NCBI GenBank assembly: GCA_964016885.1
Contig: OZ024740.1
Span: 164,362,001-164,426,000 of the forward strand
Direction of reading: 5' to 3'
Length of the DNA stretch: 64,000 nucleotides
DNA from: Eledone cirrhosa
Lineage: Eukaryota
Shown here one piece after another: positions 21,782 through 33,477 of this stretch. Numbering within the stretch: position 1 is the stretch's first letter; every line of letters begins with the position of its first letter. The notes under the pieces were generated by a model. The model had not been told where the DNA came from and searched no databases. It was given only the letters and a program-made list of their open reading frames with translations. A program made the translations under genes and the position numbers.

Positions 21782-24700
21782 TTACAGACACATACTCAGA
21801 GAAGGCCCATTCATTCGGGCCATACTTGCTTCTCTCACCCATCTTTCAACAAAATGCTGGGAAGAGAGCACTTCCCTCTCTACCCTGATTTTCCTTTTCA
21901 AATGAAATTTGAAAAAGTTAATCAGGGCATCACCGAAGAGGTAAGTGCTCGTCTTCAGCCCTTTCAAACGTGTCCACCATACTATCTCTTTTGCCATGGC
22001 CACCAGACAGATAAAAACTGCCTGCCCTTCCAGGCTAAAGGAAGGGGGCGGGGCAATCCTCACGATGGACTCAGCTGATAGCTGGATAGGTCCTACACGT
22101 GACAGCAGGTGTTCGACATAAACCCACAAGTCAGCAATGCTCGGACACTGGACGAGTGCGTGCAGGACGGTTTCGTCGCCCTGCGCGCATCTCGGACATG
22201 CCCGGCTGACGGCACCTCCATGCCTGTAGAGTTTATCCCGAACTGGCAAAGCTCCTCGGTAGCACTGCCAGGCCAGGGATTTCTGGAAGTTGTCCATAGG
22301 CCCCGGCCCGAAAGTCCTTCCGAAGAGATTGGCTAGTTGATTTTCGTCGACGCCTAGAGTTTCTCCAAGTACGTCGTCGCTCTTCCCCTCCACTAATCCC
22401 CTATAGAACGCCAAGGTGGAGTTTCCACCGATCACATTGCCCGATTGGTCGAGGGCTGTGAGCGCCTGAAGACATTCCAGTCTCCAAGCACTCCCTCTCG
22501 GTCTTCGCTTGACCCAGGACTGCAGCTCCGTCAAGGAGACGAGCTGGGGAAAAACGTGTCTTGCAAACGGCGACCACACCTGATCACCGTCGAGGAAGAG
22601 GTGGAGATGTCGTAGCCTGAGCGCGTGTCTGCGCATCATCAGCCACGGCATGCCCAGCCCTCCACGTAGCGGGTGTTGACAGCAGATGGACCGCCTGACC
22701 ATCGGAGCGCGTCCCTTCCACAAGAAGCGAAAGAGCAAACGCTCCAGCGCAGTCAGGCGGGGCTTAGGACAAGGTACGACGGTCAGGCGGTAGTAGATGA
22801 CGGATGCGATGTACGCATTCGCCACCTCCGCTCGACCTTTCAGGGATAGCTTCCTCTCGGCCCATTTCTGGGTGAGAGAAGCCACCCTGCTCGTCACCTC
22901 GTCCCAGTTTTTGTCCGTCTGGAGGTCTGGACCAAACCAGACCCCTAGCAATTTAACCGGTCCGTCCGTCCAGCGCCCGACGACGCTGTTGGACGGCATG
23001 GACCTGCCTCTCCAGGTGCCGAGCTGCAGGCCCACTGACTTTTCCTGGTTGATCATTGCTCCTGTCACCGCTTCGTATTCTCTTAGTGTAGTGCCGATCG
23101 CCTCGATGTGTTTGGCGTTCGACACCACTACGGTGACATCGTCGGCATATGCTGACACGGATCTTCCGCATCCTAGTTCGCGCGGGACCCCCCTCAACGT
23201 CTCCAGTTTGTGCAGTAATGGCTCGAGAGTCAATACGTACAATAGGGACGAGAGGGGACATCCTTGGCGGACCGAGCGCATGATGTTGAACGGTTCCGAA
23301 AGGTGACCGTTCACTCTCACTACAGAGCAGATGTCGCTGTGCATGGCAGCGATCCAGCCTCTGAAGACGGGCCCAAAGCCAGCCACCCTCAGGACTGCCG
23401 CTAGGTAACGATGGTCGACCCTATCGAAGGCTTTCGACTGATCTAAATTGATCAAAGACCCACCCGTGCCAGGTTCCCTAGCTACCCTCTCTACGATGTA
23501 TCGCATGAGGTGGAGGTTGTCGTGGATGGATCTGTCGGGAATGGCGCATGTCTGTGCCTCTCCCACCAGACCACCAACGACAAGCGCCAACCTCTTTGCT
23601 AGCACCTTGGCCAAAATCTTGAACTCTGTGTTTAGCAGAGTTATGGGCCTAAAATTATCTATGTTATCCCCCTTGTTCGGATCCTTTCTCAGCAGCGCCA
23701 CCGCTCCTCGGCTCACAGAGCTGGGAATTCTCCCGTTCTGTTGCCAGTTGTAGTAGACGTCCGCCAAGAGGCCTCCGAACAAGTTTGGCATTTGTACGTA
23801 AAGTTCATAGGGCAGACCATCCAAACCAGGCGATTTGCCCCTTGTGCAACTAGTCATTGCATCCCGTACTTCAGCGGTTGTTATCGGCTTTTCGCAACAC
23901 TCCGCCTCAGTGGCCGAAAGCCGCGGCAGTCCGTCGAGGTAGACACTAAAGTCCATCCCTCGATCCGGCCCGCCACTGCCCCCGAACAGTTGAGCGAAGT
24001 GTCGCTGAAAAGCTTCACACATTTGCCCGGGATCGAGTAGCATGCGCCCGTCGTGGTCCACCAAAGACCGGATCGTGGCTTTGTTGCCACGACGCGCCTC
24101 CGCCACTCGGGCCCATTGAACGGCTTTCGTCCCCTCGTGTCTGAGAGCACGCACCCTAGCTCTGACAACGCAGCCTTCGTGCTTTGCATTGAAGAATTGG
24201 TCAAGGGCCAATTTCGCCGCAAGTACGTCGGTCGCGATGCCTTTGCTAAGCGCCTCATCTAATTTTCTAACTAATTCTCCCTCTGCTCTATTTTTCTCTA
24301 TTGCTAAAGTCTTACTAAACCTAATGGACTCTATTCTAATTGCTCTTTTCAGAGCAAACCACCACTTGTTGTTGACGATGGCCCCCGTCAACGCCCGCTT
24401 AACTAGTTCGCTAATCCGGTCTCTGTAGGCCTTGCGCGCTGGTAAGGATGCGTTTAGCTTCCAGTAGCCGGGTCCTCGTCTATGAAGCCTATCTAAGTCA
24501 AGCACACAGATCACGAATTTGTGGTCCGTGTAGCTGACTATCTTGAATTGTGGACAGCCTATGCTAGACCTATCTATTTCCCTACAAAATACTCTATCTA
24601 GATATGATTTGGATGACCCTATGCGATTTGTCCAAGTCCACATTGGTACATTCGGGAAATCCATTCGGTACCTGTCAGACAGTTCAAAACGTCTGAGCAG

Positions 24701-25201
24701 GTTGGTGAGACTCTTGCACCCTCCTTCCCTATCCACTAATCCCACACAATCCCAGCGTGCATCTAAGATCCCGTTCCAGTCGCCCACTAACACTAAAGAG
24801 CGGGACGTTCCAAGAAAGGTCTCCAGACGCCGGAAGAAATCAGGCCGCCCTGCTCCTGTCGGGGCATAGACGGCGACTAACCTGAAAGCTTGCCCGTCTC
24901 CGCTGGTCACGTCCAGCACCACCAACTTACCTTCTGGGTCCAGGAAGATGGCCCGTATGGCAAGATCCAAACCTCTCCGAAAAAGCACAGCAACTCCTCC
25001 CCCCGATCCCGGACGGCTGGGAGATGCGTACACATCGTAGCCGCCGAAGATCGGTGCGAAAGCCTGTGCTTCGGAGATTCTGGTCTCGCTGATGGCCACT
25101 ACATCTATGTTTAGTGACCTGAGGTCGTTGAGCAGGTGGCCCTGCTTCCATGACGACCCCAAGCCACGCGCATTTATGCTGCCTATCCTGAGTGAGGTCA
25201 T
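21782..25201 (-). CDS. LINE ORF2p APE-RT (1139 aa), ~97% identical to copy C
   Basis: All catalytic motifs intact; ~34 aa differences from copy C by manual count. Confidence 0.96.
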   Translation of the reverse strand: MTSLRIGSINARGLGSSWKQGHLLNDLRSLNIDVVAISETRISEAQAFAPIFGGYDVYASPSRPGSGGGVAVLFRRGLDLAIRAIFLDPEGKLVVLDVTSGDGQAFRLVAVYAPTGAGRPDFFRRLETFLGTSRSLVLVGDWNGILDARWDCVGLVDREGGCKSLTNLLRRFELSDRYRMDFPNVPMWTWTNRIGSSKSYLDRVFCREIDRSSIGCPQFKIVSYTDHKFVICVLDLDRLHRRGPGYWKLNASLPARKAYRDRISELVKRALTGAIVNNKWWFALKRAIRIESIRFSKTLAIEKNRAEGELVRKLDEALSKGIATDVLAAKLALDQFFNAKHEGCVVRARVRALRHEGTKAVQWARVAEARRGNKATIRSLVDHDGRMLLDPGQMCEAFQRHFAQLFGGSGGPDRGMDFSVYLDGLPRLSATEAECCEKPITTAEVRDAMTSCTRGKSPGLDGLPYELYVQMPNLFGGLLADVYYNWQQNGRIPSSVSRGAVALLRKDPNKGDNIDNFRPITLLNTEFKILAKVLAKRLALVVGGLVGEAQTCAIPDRSIHDNLHLMRYIVERVAREPGTGGSLINLDQSKAFDRVDHRYLAAVLRVAGFGPVFRGWIAAMHSDICSVVRVNGHLSEPFNIMRSVRQGCPLSSLLYVLTLEPLLHKLETLRGVPRELGCGRSVSAYADDVTVVVSNAKHIEAIGTTLREYEAVTGAMINQEKSVGLQLGTWRGRSMPSNSVVGRWTDGPVKLLGVWFGPDLQTDKNWDEVTSRVASLTQKWAERKLSLKGRAEVANAYIASVIYYRLTVVPCPKPRLTALERLLFRFLWKGRAPMVRRSICCQHPLRGGLGMPWLMMRRHALRLRHLHLFLDGDQVWSPFARHVFPQLVSLTELQSWVKRRPRGSAWRLECLQALTALDQSGNVIGGNSTLAFYRGLVEGKSDDVLGETLGVDENQLANLFGRTFGPGPMDNFQKSLAWQCYRGALPVRDKLYRHGGAVSRACPRCAQGDETVLHALVQCPSIADLWVYVEHLLSRVGPIQLSAESIVRIAPPPSFSLEGQAVFICLVAMAKEIVWWTRLKGLKTSTYLFGDALINFFKFHLKRKIRVEREVLSSQHFVERWVREASMARMNGPSLSMCL

Positions 25202-25235
25202 GTTGAAAAGGAGTGGAAAAGATGGGAAAGACCAC

Positions 25236-27055
25236 TTACCTTACTTCTCGTAGGGGAAGGACGGCTTTTCCATCCTTTTCACTGCTTGTGGCCTCCTCAG
25301 GAAGGATGTCCTTATAAATCCTCCTGGAGAGTGCTTGTCGGAAGTCTCCGATGTCTTTGGGGAATTTTTGTTTTAGTGTCATGTACGTTTTCTGTGTGAT
25401 GCGAGTGATCTGTATGTGTGGAGGTGGTGTGAATTTTGGGGTTGTTGTGTAGTCTTTTTCTGTGATGCTGGTGTTGTGTTGGATGTAGTGTAATAATTGC
25501 TTGTTGTTCAAATTTAATGCTGTGTAGTGTGTATCGTTTTGGTTGTTTTGTTTTGTTTGCGTTTGTTGTGGGTTTGTTTCTGTTTCGCTTTTTGGTGACT
25601 TTTGTGGTGTAGGTGATGGTGGTGCTGGGGATAATGATGGTGATGGGTTTGGTGTTTGGGTTGATGGGGTTGGTGATGCTGGTGTGGATGGTGGCATATC
25701 TGTCCTAACTTTTTTGTTTCTTAGTTTATTTGTTTCCCTCTGTATTTTGTTTTTGGAGGGGGAAGGAAGAGAATTTTTTCTTTTTTGGTTTCTTTTTTTT
25801 TTCCGGATATCGTTTCCCACTCCTCGTCGTCACAATCTGTCTCCAGTTGTGATAGGCCGGGGAGTGGAAAATCCTCCACAGCCGTTAGTTTTGGTTGTGG
25901 TGTGGTGGATGGTGTAGGCGCTGGTGCTAGTTCTGAAGCGTTGGGTGGTGGTGGTGTTGGTTTTGCTGGTGGTGGTAGTGGTGTTGGTTTTGCTACTGTT
26001 GCTGGGGTTGTTGCTGTTATAGTTGCTTCTGTTGTTGCTGCTACAGTTGTTGCTGCCATTTCTGCTACTGGTGGTGTTGATGGTTGTGTCACTGGGGTGG
26101 GTAGGAGAGGTGGCCTCAACCTTTTAGCCTAAGGGCAGAAAGCCTTTAGGTGGGTTCCTTCACCACAAACGACACACCTAGGTCTTCTGCCCTCGACAAT
26201 TACCGTGAGGTGGCTGCCGTCAGTGAGGTCTATTACCTCTGGGATCTCCTCAATGCTTTTTTGGTCCGCTTGGATCAGGAGCTCCATCCCAGATCCGGAC
26301 CAGTTTTCCTGCTTTTCTTTTGCTACTGCTATTATTTTCGTGTTGGCTTCGATGCCGGCGAGGACAGCCGCTATTAGCCAGGGAATTTCGATGGCCGGTG
26401 GAGCGTGGGTCACCCTGATCTTTACGAGTCTCTGGCCACAATAGCTTGGGACGAGTGTGAGGTCGTCACTTTTTAATGGGGCCATGGAGTGTTCTCTAGC
26501 CTCCTCTGGTGTTTCAAAGAACACATCCACGGTTCCATACTTTTGCCCACGTCTGGTGTGGGTTTTTCTTGCCCACACATGTCCCAAAGCTTTTTGGATT
26601 TGGGACTCGGATGCCCGTTCCACTCGGCGCGATTTTACATTTATTGTTCTATACAACACGGTGCGCAGGCGCCGATGGTCCATTTTATTAGGTGGGGGGG
26701 TGGGGGTGAGGCTGACCCTGTACCCATCTTTCTTTACCATTTGTTTGGCATTTTCTAAATCTTCTTGAGTTACCGTGAACGCTTCGAATTGTTTTGCTAC
26801 GATGGCGAAACTGAGGGTCGGTTTTATAATGTCATTGTTGTTGTTGTTGCTATCGTTAATATTAATTTTATTTTCAGTTGTGGTGGTGGTGACGTCAGTC
26901 GTCTTTGGTGGGGAAGAGTCCATTTTGCTTGATTTCATTTCGACGTCACGAGTTAATTTATTTTTTTCTTCTTTTGTTTCTGTTGTCGCGGTGGTGGTGG
27001 TGGTGGTGGTTGTCGCGGTGGTGGTGGTGGTGGAGGGTTTAACACCTGCAGACAT
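25236..27055 (-). pseudogene. Tx1 copy D ORF1 with premature TAG (26129-26131) and a homopolymer frameshift (~25791-25802)
   Basis: Three ORF pieces (26129-27091, 25721-26119, 25236-25820) are collinear with copy C ORF1. Confidence 0.82.
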
Positions 27056-27434
27056 TGGTAATGGCGGGAAATGAATGTCTGCCTGAGACAAATTTAAAAT
27101 ATTGCTACTGCTTATATTTTTTTTGTGTTGGCAAACGTAGTAACATTTACAATGGTGGTGTCGGTGTGAGGTGTTATTTTGTGAGGAAGGCTTTCAGCTG
27201 CTTCGTGCACAGGGGAATTAGCCATTTTTTTTCAAAGAAATTTTTGGATAATAATAAAAGTTAAAATTTTGGGCACAAGGCCCCAATCTTTTTGGGTGTC
27301 CTTTCCGGAAAACAATGTATGTGTGCTTATAAACAGTTTACAATAAAATTTTCCATAAATGGCAATTTTTAAACAAACGGAAATAACAAACCTTTGCGGA
27401 GCTCACGATAATACGATTTCCTACGTAGGTCGCC

Positions 27435-27475
<41 letters not shown>

Positions 27476-27598
27476 GAAGAAGAAAAAGAAGAAGAAGAAA
27501 AGAAGCAGCAGCAGCAGCAGAAGAAGAAGAAGTAGTAGTAGTAATAATAGTAGTAGAAGAAGAAGAAGAAGAAGAAGAAGAAGAAGAAGAAGAAGAAG

Positions 27599-27656
<58 letters not shown>

Positions 27657-27870
27657 ACAATATAGACAATATAAACAACAACAGTAATAACAACAACGAC
27701 AACAGCAACAACAATATATACAACAACAACAACGTCAACAACAACAACGACAACAACGACAACGACAACAACGACAACAACGACAACGACAACGACAACA
27801 ACAACGACAACGACAACGCAACAACAACAACAACAAACTATCAAGAACAACTACAATAATATTATACTAA
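27435..27870. repeat. Compound microsatellite (AAT)-(AAG)-(AGC)-(AGT)-(AAG)-(AAC)-(AAC/GAC)
   Basis: Read directly. Confidence 0.93.
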
Positions 27871-28149
27871 CAATATTAATGATAAATTTTGATTCTAGTA
27901 GTGAAATTTTAAAATAAATGTTTAAACAAATATTCCAGAAAATCCATTTCAAATCCGAATGTAAAGAAATAAGAAATGTGAGAGTAACTTTCTTGGTTTG
28001 TTTGATAATTACCTCCTACCACCTTGAAAAATAAACATTCACCATCATACTAGCAGCCAACATTGAAATGATGTATGAGGTTTCCTCATTTATCAAACAG
28101 ACATTGGGATGGACAGGCGGGTTTAGAGTATTTTATAAAACGGCTTTGC

Positions 28150-28277
28150 TATGTATGTATGTATGTATGTATGTATGTATGTATGTATGTATGTATGTAT
28201 GTATGTATGTATGTATGTATGTATGTATGTATGTACGTATGTATGTACGTATGTATGTATGTATGTATGTATGTATG

Positions 28278-28308
<31 letters not shown>

Positions 28309-28334
28309 CTATGATGTATTTCTGTGTGTCTGTC

Positions 28335-28386
<52 letters not shown>

Positions 28387-28595
28387 CACACACATATATA
28401 TATATACATATATATATATACATATATATATATATGTGTGTGTGGTGTGTGTATATATAGATATATAAATACATAATTATGTATGCATATAGAGAAACAT
28501 TATATATCATATATATATATGTATATAGACGCATTTAATTATGTATGTATTTATGGAAATATAAATATATATGTATATATATATATATATATAGT
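28150..28595. repeat. (TATG)n, (TC)n and (TA)n microsatellite cluster
   Basis: Read directly. Confidence 0.92.
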
Positions 28596-28835
28596 CGGAA
28601 CCATACACTCCTGCAGCTTATACAAACAAATAAAAATGCATCCGCACTTCTATATTTACTTACACACCTCTGTACACACACTATTTTACTTACATATGCG
28701 TGCACATTTCCTCTTAGCTTCGTACGGACCTATAAAACACACACGCTCACGTATAGGCACGCGCTCACGTACATATCTAGACCATCGCTGTATATTAATA
28801 TCAATGTAGTTTTTTATATTGATATTGCCTGGGCA

Positions 28836-28957
28836 TCCACTGATGAGTTATAAGAGCCCACTTGCGTGGATATCTATGGATTGTATGCAAGCTTCTACTT
28901 AACTTGGACATTATTTTCCCACCTTGTCGAAATCTTATAACGAAACGATCGTATGGA
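28836..28957 (+). ncRNA. Type I hammerhead ribozyme with expanded stem II
   Basis: TCCA-CTGATGA-GTTATAAGA..77 nt..TCTTATAAC-GAAA-CGATCG-TA-TGGA: stem I, full core, 9-bp stem II base, palindromic stem III, GUA site. Confidence 0.75.
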
Positions 28958-29140
28958 AAGAAAGAGAGATTTATTTAATTATGTCTCATATAAAATAATA
29001 CAGCCAACTATCCACGAAATACAATATAGTTAGCACCCCAAACGCATAATTGGGATTATACTCAGGTATATCCTAATGTTTGTTGAGTGAGATAGGAGTT
29101 GGTCGGAGTGTCGCTAAAAGCCTTCTCTGTTAATGTATTA

Positions 29141-29217
<77 letters not shown>

Positions 29218-29971
29218 GGCTGGTCAGGTCTCTGACTGTCACTGGCACCATGTAGCCCAGTACAACTTGTTTCATGGTCGGGTGGTCTGTGACTAAATCG
29301 GCTTTCTCGTTAAACCTTGTTCCAGTGAGGAGAGTAAATGGAAACCCACCAGCACAAAAATGAGAGCTGTCAAAGGGCAGATATAATCCGCAGAGTCAAC
29401 GGCCATGCACCCCAACTATGGGTTAAACAGCCAAGTATGATGAGTACGGCTACATCCCCTGGAGAGATTAAGCTCCATGACAATAACACATGCAATCCTC
29501 GTAACTGTCCTGTTATCTTATCTGTATAAGCTTATAACTAGACACATATCTACGGGGCTGGAGTGTGTGATATGTGTGTAGTACAAGCACGTACATAGAA
29601 TCTTATCCTAACGTTGCTGCACTGTTAACCTGGACAGCAACATGCTTCGGTACATCTTGATCGTCTGAATAGCTCCTTTAGGAACGCACTATTCACCCAT
29701 ACCACATGGGAAGGGTGTAGAAAATTTGATCTAAACAAAAGTGTGTTCAGTCATGAAACTGGCTAGCAGCCTGCAGTTGGTGGTGGTTGGTAATAGCAGG
29801 AAATCCGTTGAAGAGATGGTCGTCTTCTGTAAAGAAGTTACAGTTATATATATGCAGATTGGAGCACTCGACGAAGTACGCAGGTTGGTCTCTTTACTCC
29901 GGAGTAATGTAAAACAAATAATTAAGTCAAATATGTAAAATTTGGCTTCGTTTATTAAAACCTATAGATAT

Positions 29972-30026
29972 ACTGCTATATATATTTCGGTGACAGCCAT
30001 CATTGGCTGTGACATCTTCAGGCAGT
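29972..30026 (-). ncRNA. Minimal type I hammerhead ribozyme (Penelope-type)
   Basis: Minus strand ACTGC-CTGAAGA-tgtcACAGCCaatgatGGCTGTcacc-GAAA-TATATA-TA-GCAGT. Confidence 0.75.
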
Positions 30027-30119
30027 CCGAATTGGTGCGGGAAAGACAGGTACACATGTTGTTGAAGTGTGTTTTACTCGGTACACATGTTGTTGAAATG
30101 TAGTATGTATATATATATA

Positions 30120-30705
30120 TATATGTATACATACATGCACACATATGTACGTATGGGTTTACCGAAGATTTATTATAATGTTCGGTTTGTTTGTAAACAA
30201 ACAGCCCGAATTTCGCCGTACAGTGCTCGGCAACCATCGTCGCCCTTTTGTTCAACACTGACACAGGAACGATGTACTAGTTTCAGGCTTATTAGCTATC
30301 GTCAGCATCGTATACCTTTCTGTCAGATGATTGAACGTTTGAAAGTATATACTTTCCTTATGCATATAACGGCTGAGGAGCCTAATTTGCATATCGAGTG
30401 AGTTAGTCGGCCGGAAAACCGAAAACGATAAATGTAAAAGAATGAAACAAAATTTCATTTCTCACTTTTAGTACGGCTGATACCTAAATATAAGTATGTA
30501 TACGCACATACATATATGTGTACAGACGTACAGTAGTATGTATATATATATATATATATATACATGCACACATATATATATGTACGTATGGGTTTACCGA
30601 ACTTTTATTATAATGTTCGGTTTGTTTGTAAACAAACAGCCCGAATTTCACCATACAGTGCTCGGCAACCATCGTCGCTCTTTTGTTCAATACTGACACA
30701 GAAAC
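30120..30705 (+). repeat. Interspersed ~400-bp unit in partial tandem; related copies at 42478-43435
   Basis: 30130-30262 recurs at ~30560-30700; the same sequence occurs on both strands at 42.5-43.4 kb. Confidence 0.75.
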
Positions 30706-30713
30706 AGGAACAA

Positions 30714-32025
30714 TGTGATTTACTGGTTAATTGGTGAAATATATTTTTTATTTAAAGAAATATATACAAAGGAGATTAATCATTTTAAAAGGTATCTATA
30801 TTTGAAGTTCTAGTTAATCTTAAATTAGTAACCTACCTAGCTATGTGTGTTTACACACTTTACAAATTATTCCCTGAGATTGTTTCATGTGCTTATTTTT
30901 TACATATATATGTGTCAATCTATTTCTAGTTGATATAAAATGCTCGGATCTATTCATTGGAATCTTTGAGCTTATTCTGCAGTGAATATGTCGCATGTCT
31001 CTCAGACTGACAATCTTAATTAAATTTTGGATATATATACGGCCCCTTTATTGTAGAGCTAATTCAGTTGAATGGACTCGGCTGCTATTTCTAGCTGTCG
31101 ATAATCCTATTCACGCCATCGGGATGACGCGATGCGATGTCTGTATTTTTTATAAAATGCAACACGTGGTTCGAGTCATTCGCAGATTTGAATTTGCTGT
31201 GTAAACGCAGATGGTTGGGTCTTCTCCTTTCGTGACCATCCGGATTTGACCGCTGTGATTTACTGGTTAATTGGTGAAATATATTTTTATTTAAAGAAAT
31301 ATATACAAAGGAGATTAATCATTTTAAAAGGTATCTATATTTGAAGTTCTAGTTAAACTGTAATTAGTTACCTACCTAGCTATGTGTGTTTACACACTTT
31401 ACAAATTATTCCCTGAGATTGTTCATGTGTTTATTTTTTATTTTTTATATATATATGTGTCAATCTATTTCTAGTTGATATAAAATGCTCGGATCTATTC
31501 ATTGGAATATTTGAGCTTATTCTGCAGTGAATATGGCGCATGTCTCTCAGACATGACAACCTTAATTTAATTTTGGCTATATATACAGCCCCTTGAATGT
31601 AGAGTTAATTCAGTTGAATGGACTCGGCTGCTATTTCTAGCTGTCGAAATCCTATTCACGCCATCTGGATGACGCGGTGCGATGTCTGTATTTTTTATAA
31701 AATGCAATACGTGGTTCGAATCATTCACAGATTTGCATTTGCTGTGTAAACGCAGACGGTTGGATCTTCTCCTTTGGTGACCAACCAGGATTTAACCGCT
31801 GTGATTTACAGGTTAATTGGTGAAATATATTTTTTATTTAAAGAAATATATACAAAGGAGATTAATCATTTTAAAAGGTATCTATATTTGAAGTTCTAGT
31901 TAAACTGTAATTAGTTACCTACCTAGCTATGTGTGTTTACACACTTTACAAATTATTCCCTGAGATTGTTTCATGTGTTTATTTTTTATATATATATATA
32001 TGTATCAATCTATTTCTAGTTGATA
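30714..32025. repeat. Tandem repeat, ~540-bp unit, ~2.4 copies
   Basis: TGTGATTTAC(T/A)GGTTAATTGGTGAAAT starts at 30714, 31254 and 31800. Confidence 0.9.
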
Positions 32026-32059
32026 TATATATATATATATTTATAGTATAAATGAGACT

Positions 32060-32885
32060 ATTTTGAGTTTCTAACTCGGTTAAGATCTTTAACCGACACA
32101 AAGTTAAACTAGGATGCTGCTGCGCTAAGAAGATGAAGGCCCACATCACCAGAAGCCATAGGAGCAACACCCCACCAGGGTGCTCTTGTCGTAAGCCTGA
32201 AGCTTGCCCCCTTCAACAGCAATGCAACACACGAGCTGTAATCTATGAAGCTGTGGTCACTTCCAACCGACCAAAACGAGCCACAGGAGGTCAAATCCTA
32301 TGTGGGCATGGCGGAGGGCCGATTCAAGGAGCGTTTCCTGAACCACCAGTCTACCTTCAGATACCTGGACAGACGTTCATCCACGAAACTCACGAGCCAC
32401 GTATGGTCCCTCAAGGACTAAAGTATAGGCTACCCCATTCAATGGAAAGCCATCACTAAGTCCAAACCATACGCAAGGGGAAATTCGACGTGTGGCTTAT
32501 GTATCGACGAACGAATAACTATCCTAAAGAGATAACGCAATAGTGATTGCCTAAACACGAGAAGTGAATTTTTCACACGTTGTCCACACCTCACCAAACA
32601 TCTATTGCATAAATACAAGGCTCCGGACTGATTCTTTGTAATTTTATTTTTAATTTCTTTTAATTTTATTTTCAAGCTAAAAACTTTCCGGATTTTCGCA
32701 GTTATCTCCCTTACACCTCCCGCACGCAGTCTAGTATTGCCAGTGTGGAGTGTCCGAGTTTCTGTCATGCGCGTTCGTACGGTTGTCCTTCCTGTTCCTA
32801 TAAACATACACATCCCGAGCTGAAGATCCGCGAAGGTGAAACAATTGTTCTCGGTATGGTGAATTAACTGTTGTGTAACCACTTC
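32060..32885 (+). mobile_element. Penelope-like element 3' fragment: GIY-YIG endonuclease plus pseudo-LTR (probably Naiad-type)
   Basis: KIFNRHKVKL, CSCRKPEACPL..C..AVIYEA, then after a frameshift YVGMAEGRFKERFLNH, CGLC, LNTRSE..CPH; stop 32629-32631; internal stops present. Confidence 0.85.
32815..32854 (+). ncRNA. Minimal hammerhead in the PLE pseudo-LTR (mirror copy at 33061-33100, minus)
   Basis: CCGAG-CTGAAGA-tCCgcgaaGGt-GAAA-CAATTG-TT-CTCGG. Confidence 0.72.
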
Positions 32886-32903
32886 TATATATATATATAT
32901 ATA

Positions 32904-33143
<240 letters not shown>

Positions 33144-33292
33144 GCCTTTTGCCCATATGGGTTTGTGAGTATTGATTTATTATTTTTTAGATCGTACAGG
33201 CAAACTATATGTATTTGAATTAAGATATTTCATTCTAACTTTTTTATTAGTCAATTGCAACTAAAACATGTAAATATGTTTATCATATATTA

Positions 33293-33327
<35 letters not shown>

Positions 33328-33477
33328 GAGAGAGAGAGAGAAACGTATCCTAATGCAAAAGACCATAATTATAATATTTGAGAAAATTGGTTAAAGTACC
33401 ACTGGAGAGGGAAAACGAGGACAATAGTGCATACCAAGAATCGAATCACTCATTTCTTGGTAGTAAATATGATTTCT

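Larger units (their letters stand above)
21539..27434 (-). mobile_element. L1/Tx1-clade LINE copy D, full length, ORF2 intact, ORF1 disrupted
   Basis: Same layout as copy C; ATT repeats at both ends. Confidence 0.95.

Noticed and set aside
30714-32025. CRISPR-like array
   Set aside because: Whole 540-bp units repeat, with no unique spacers and no cas genes; eukaryotic context.
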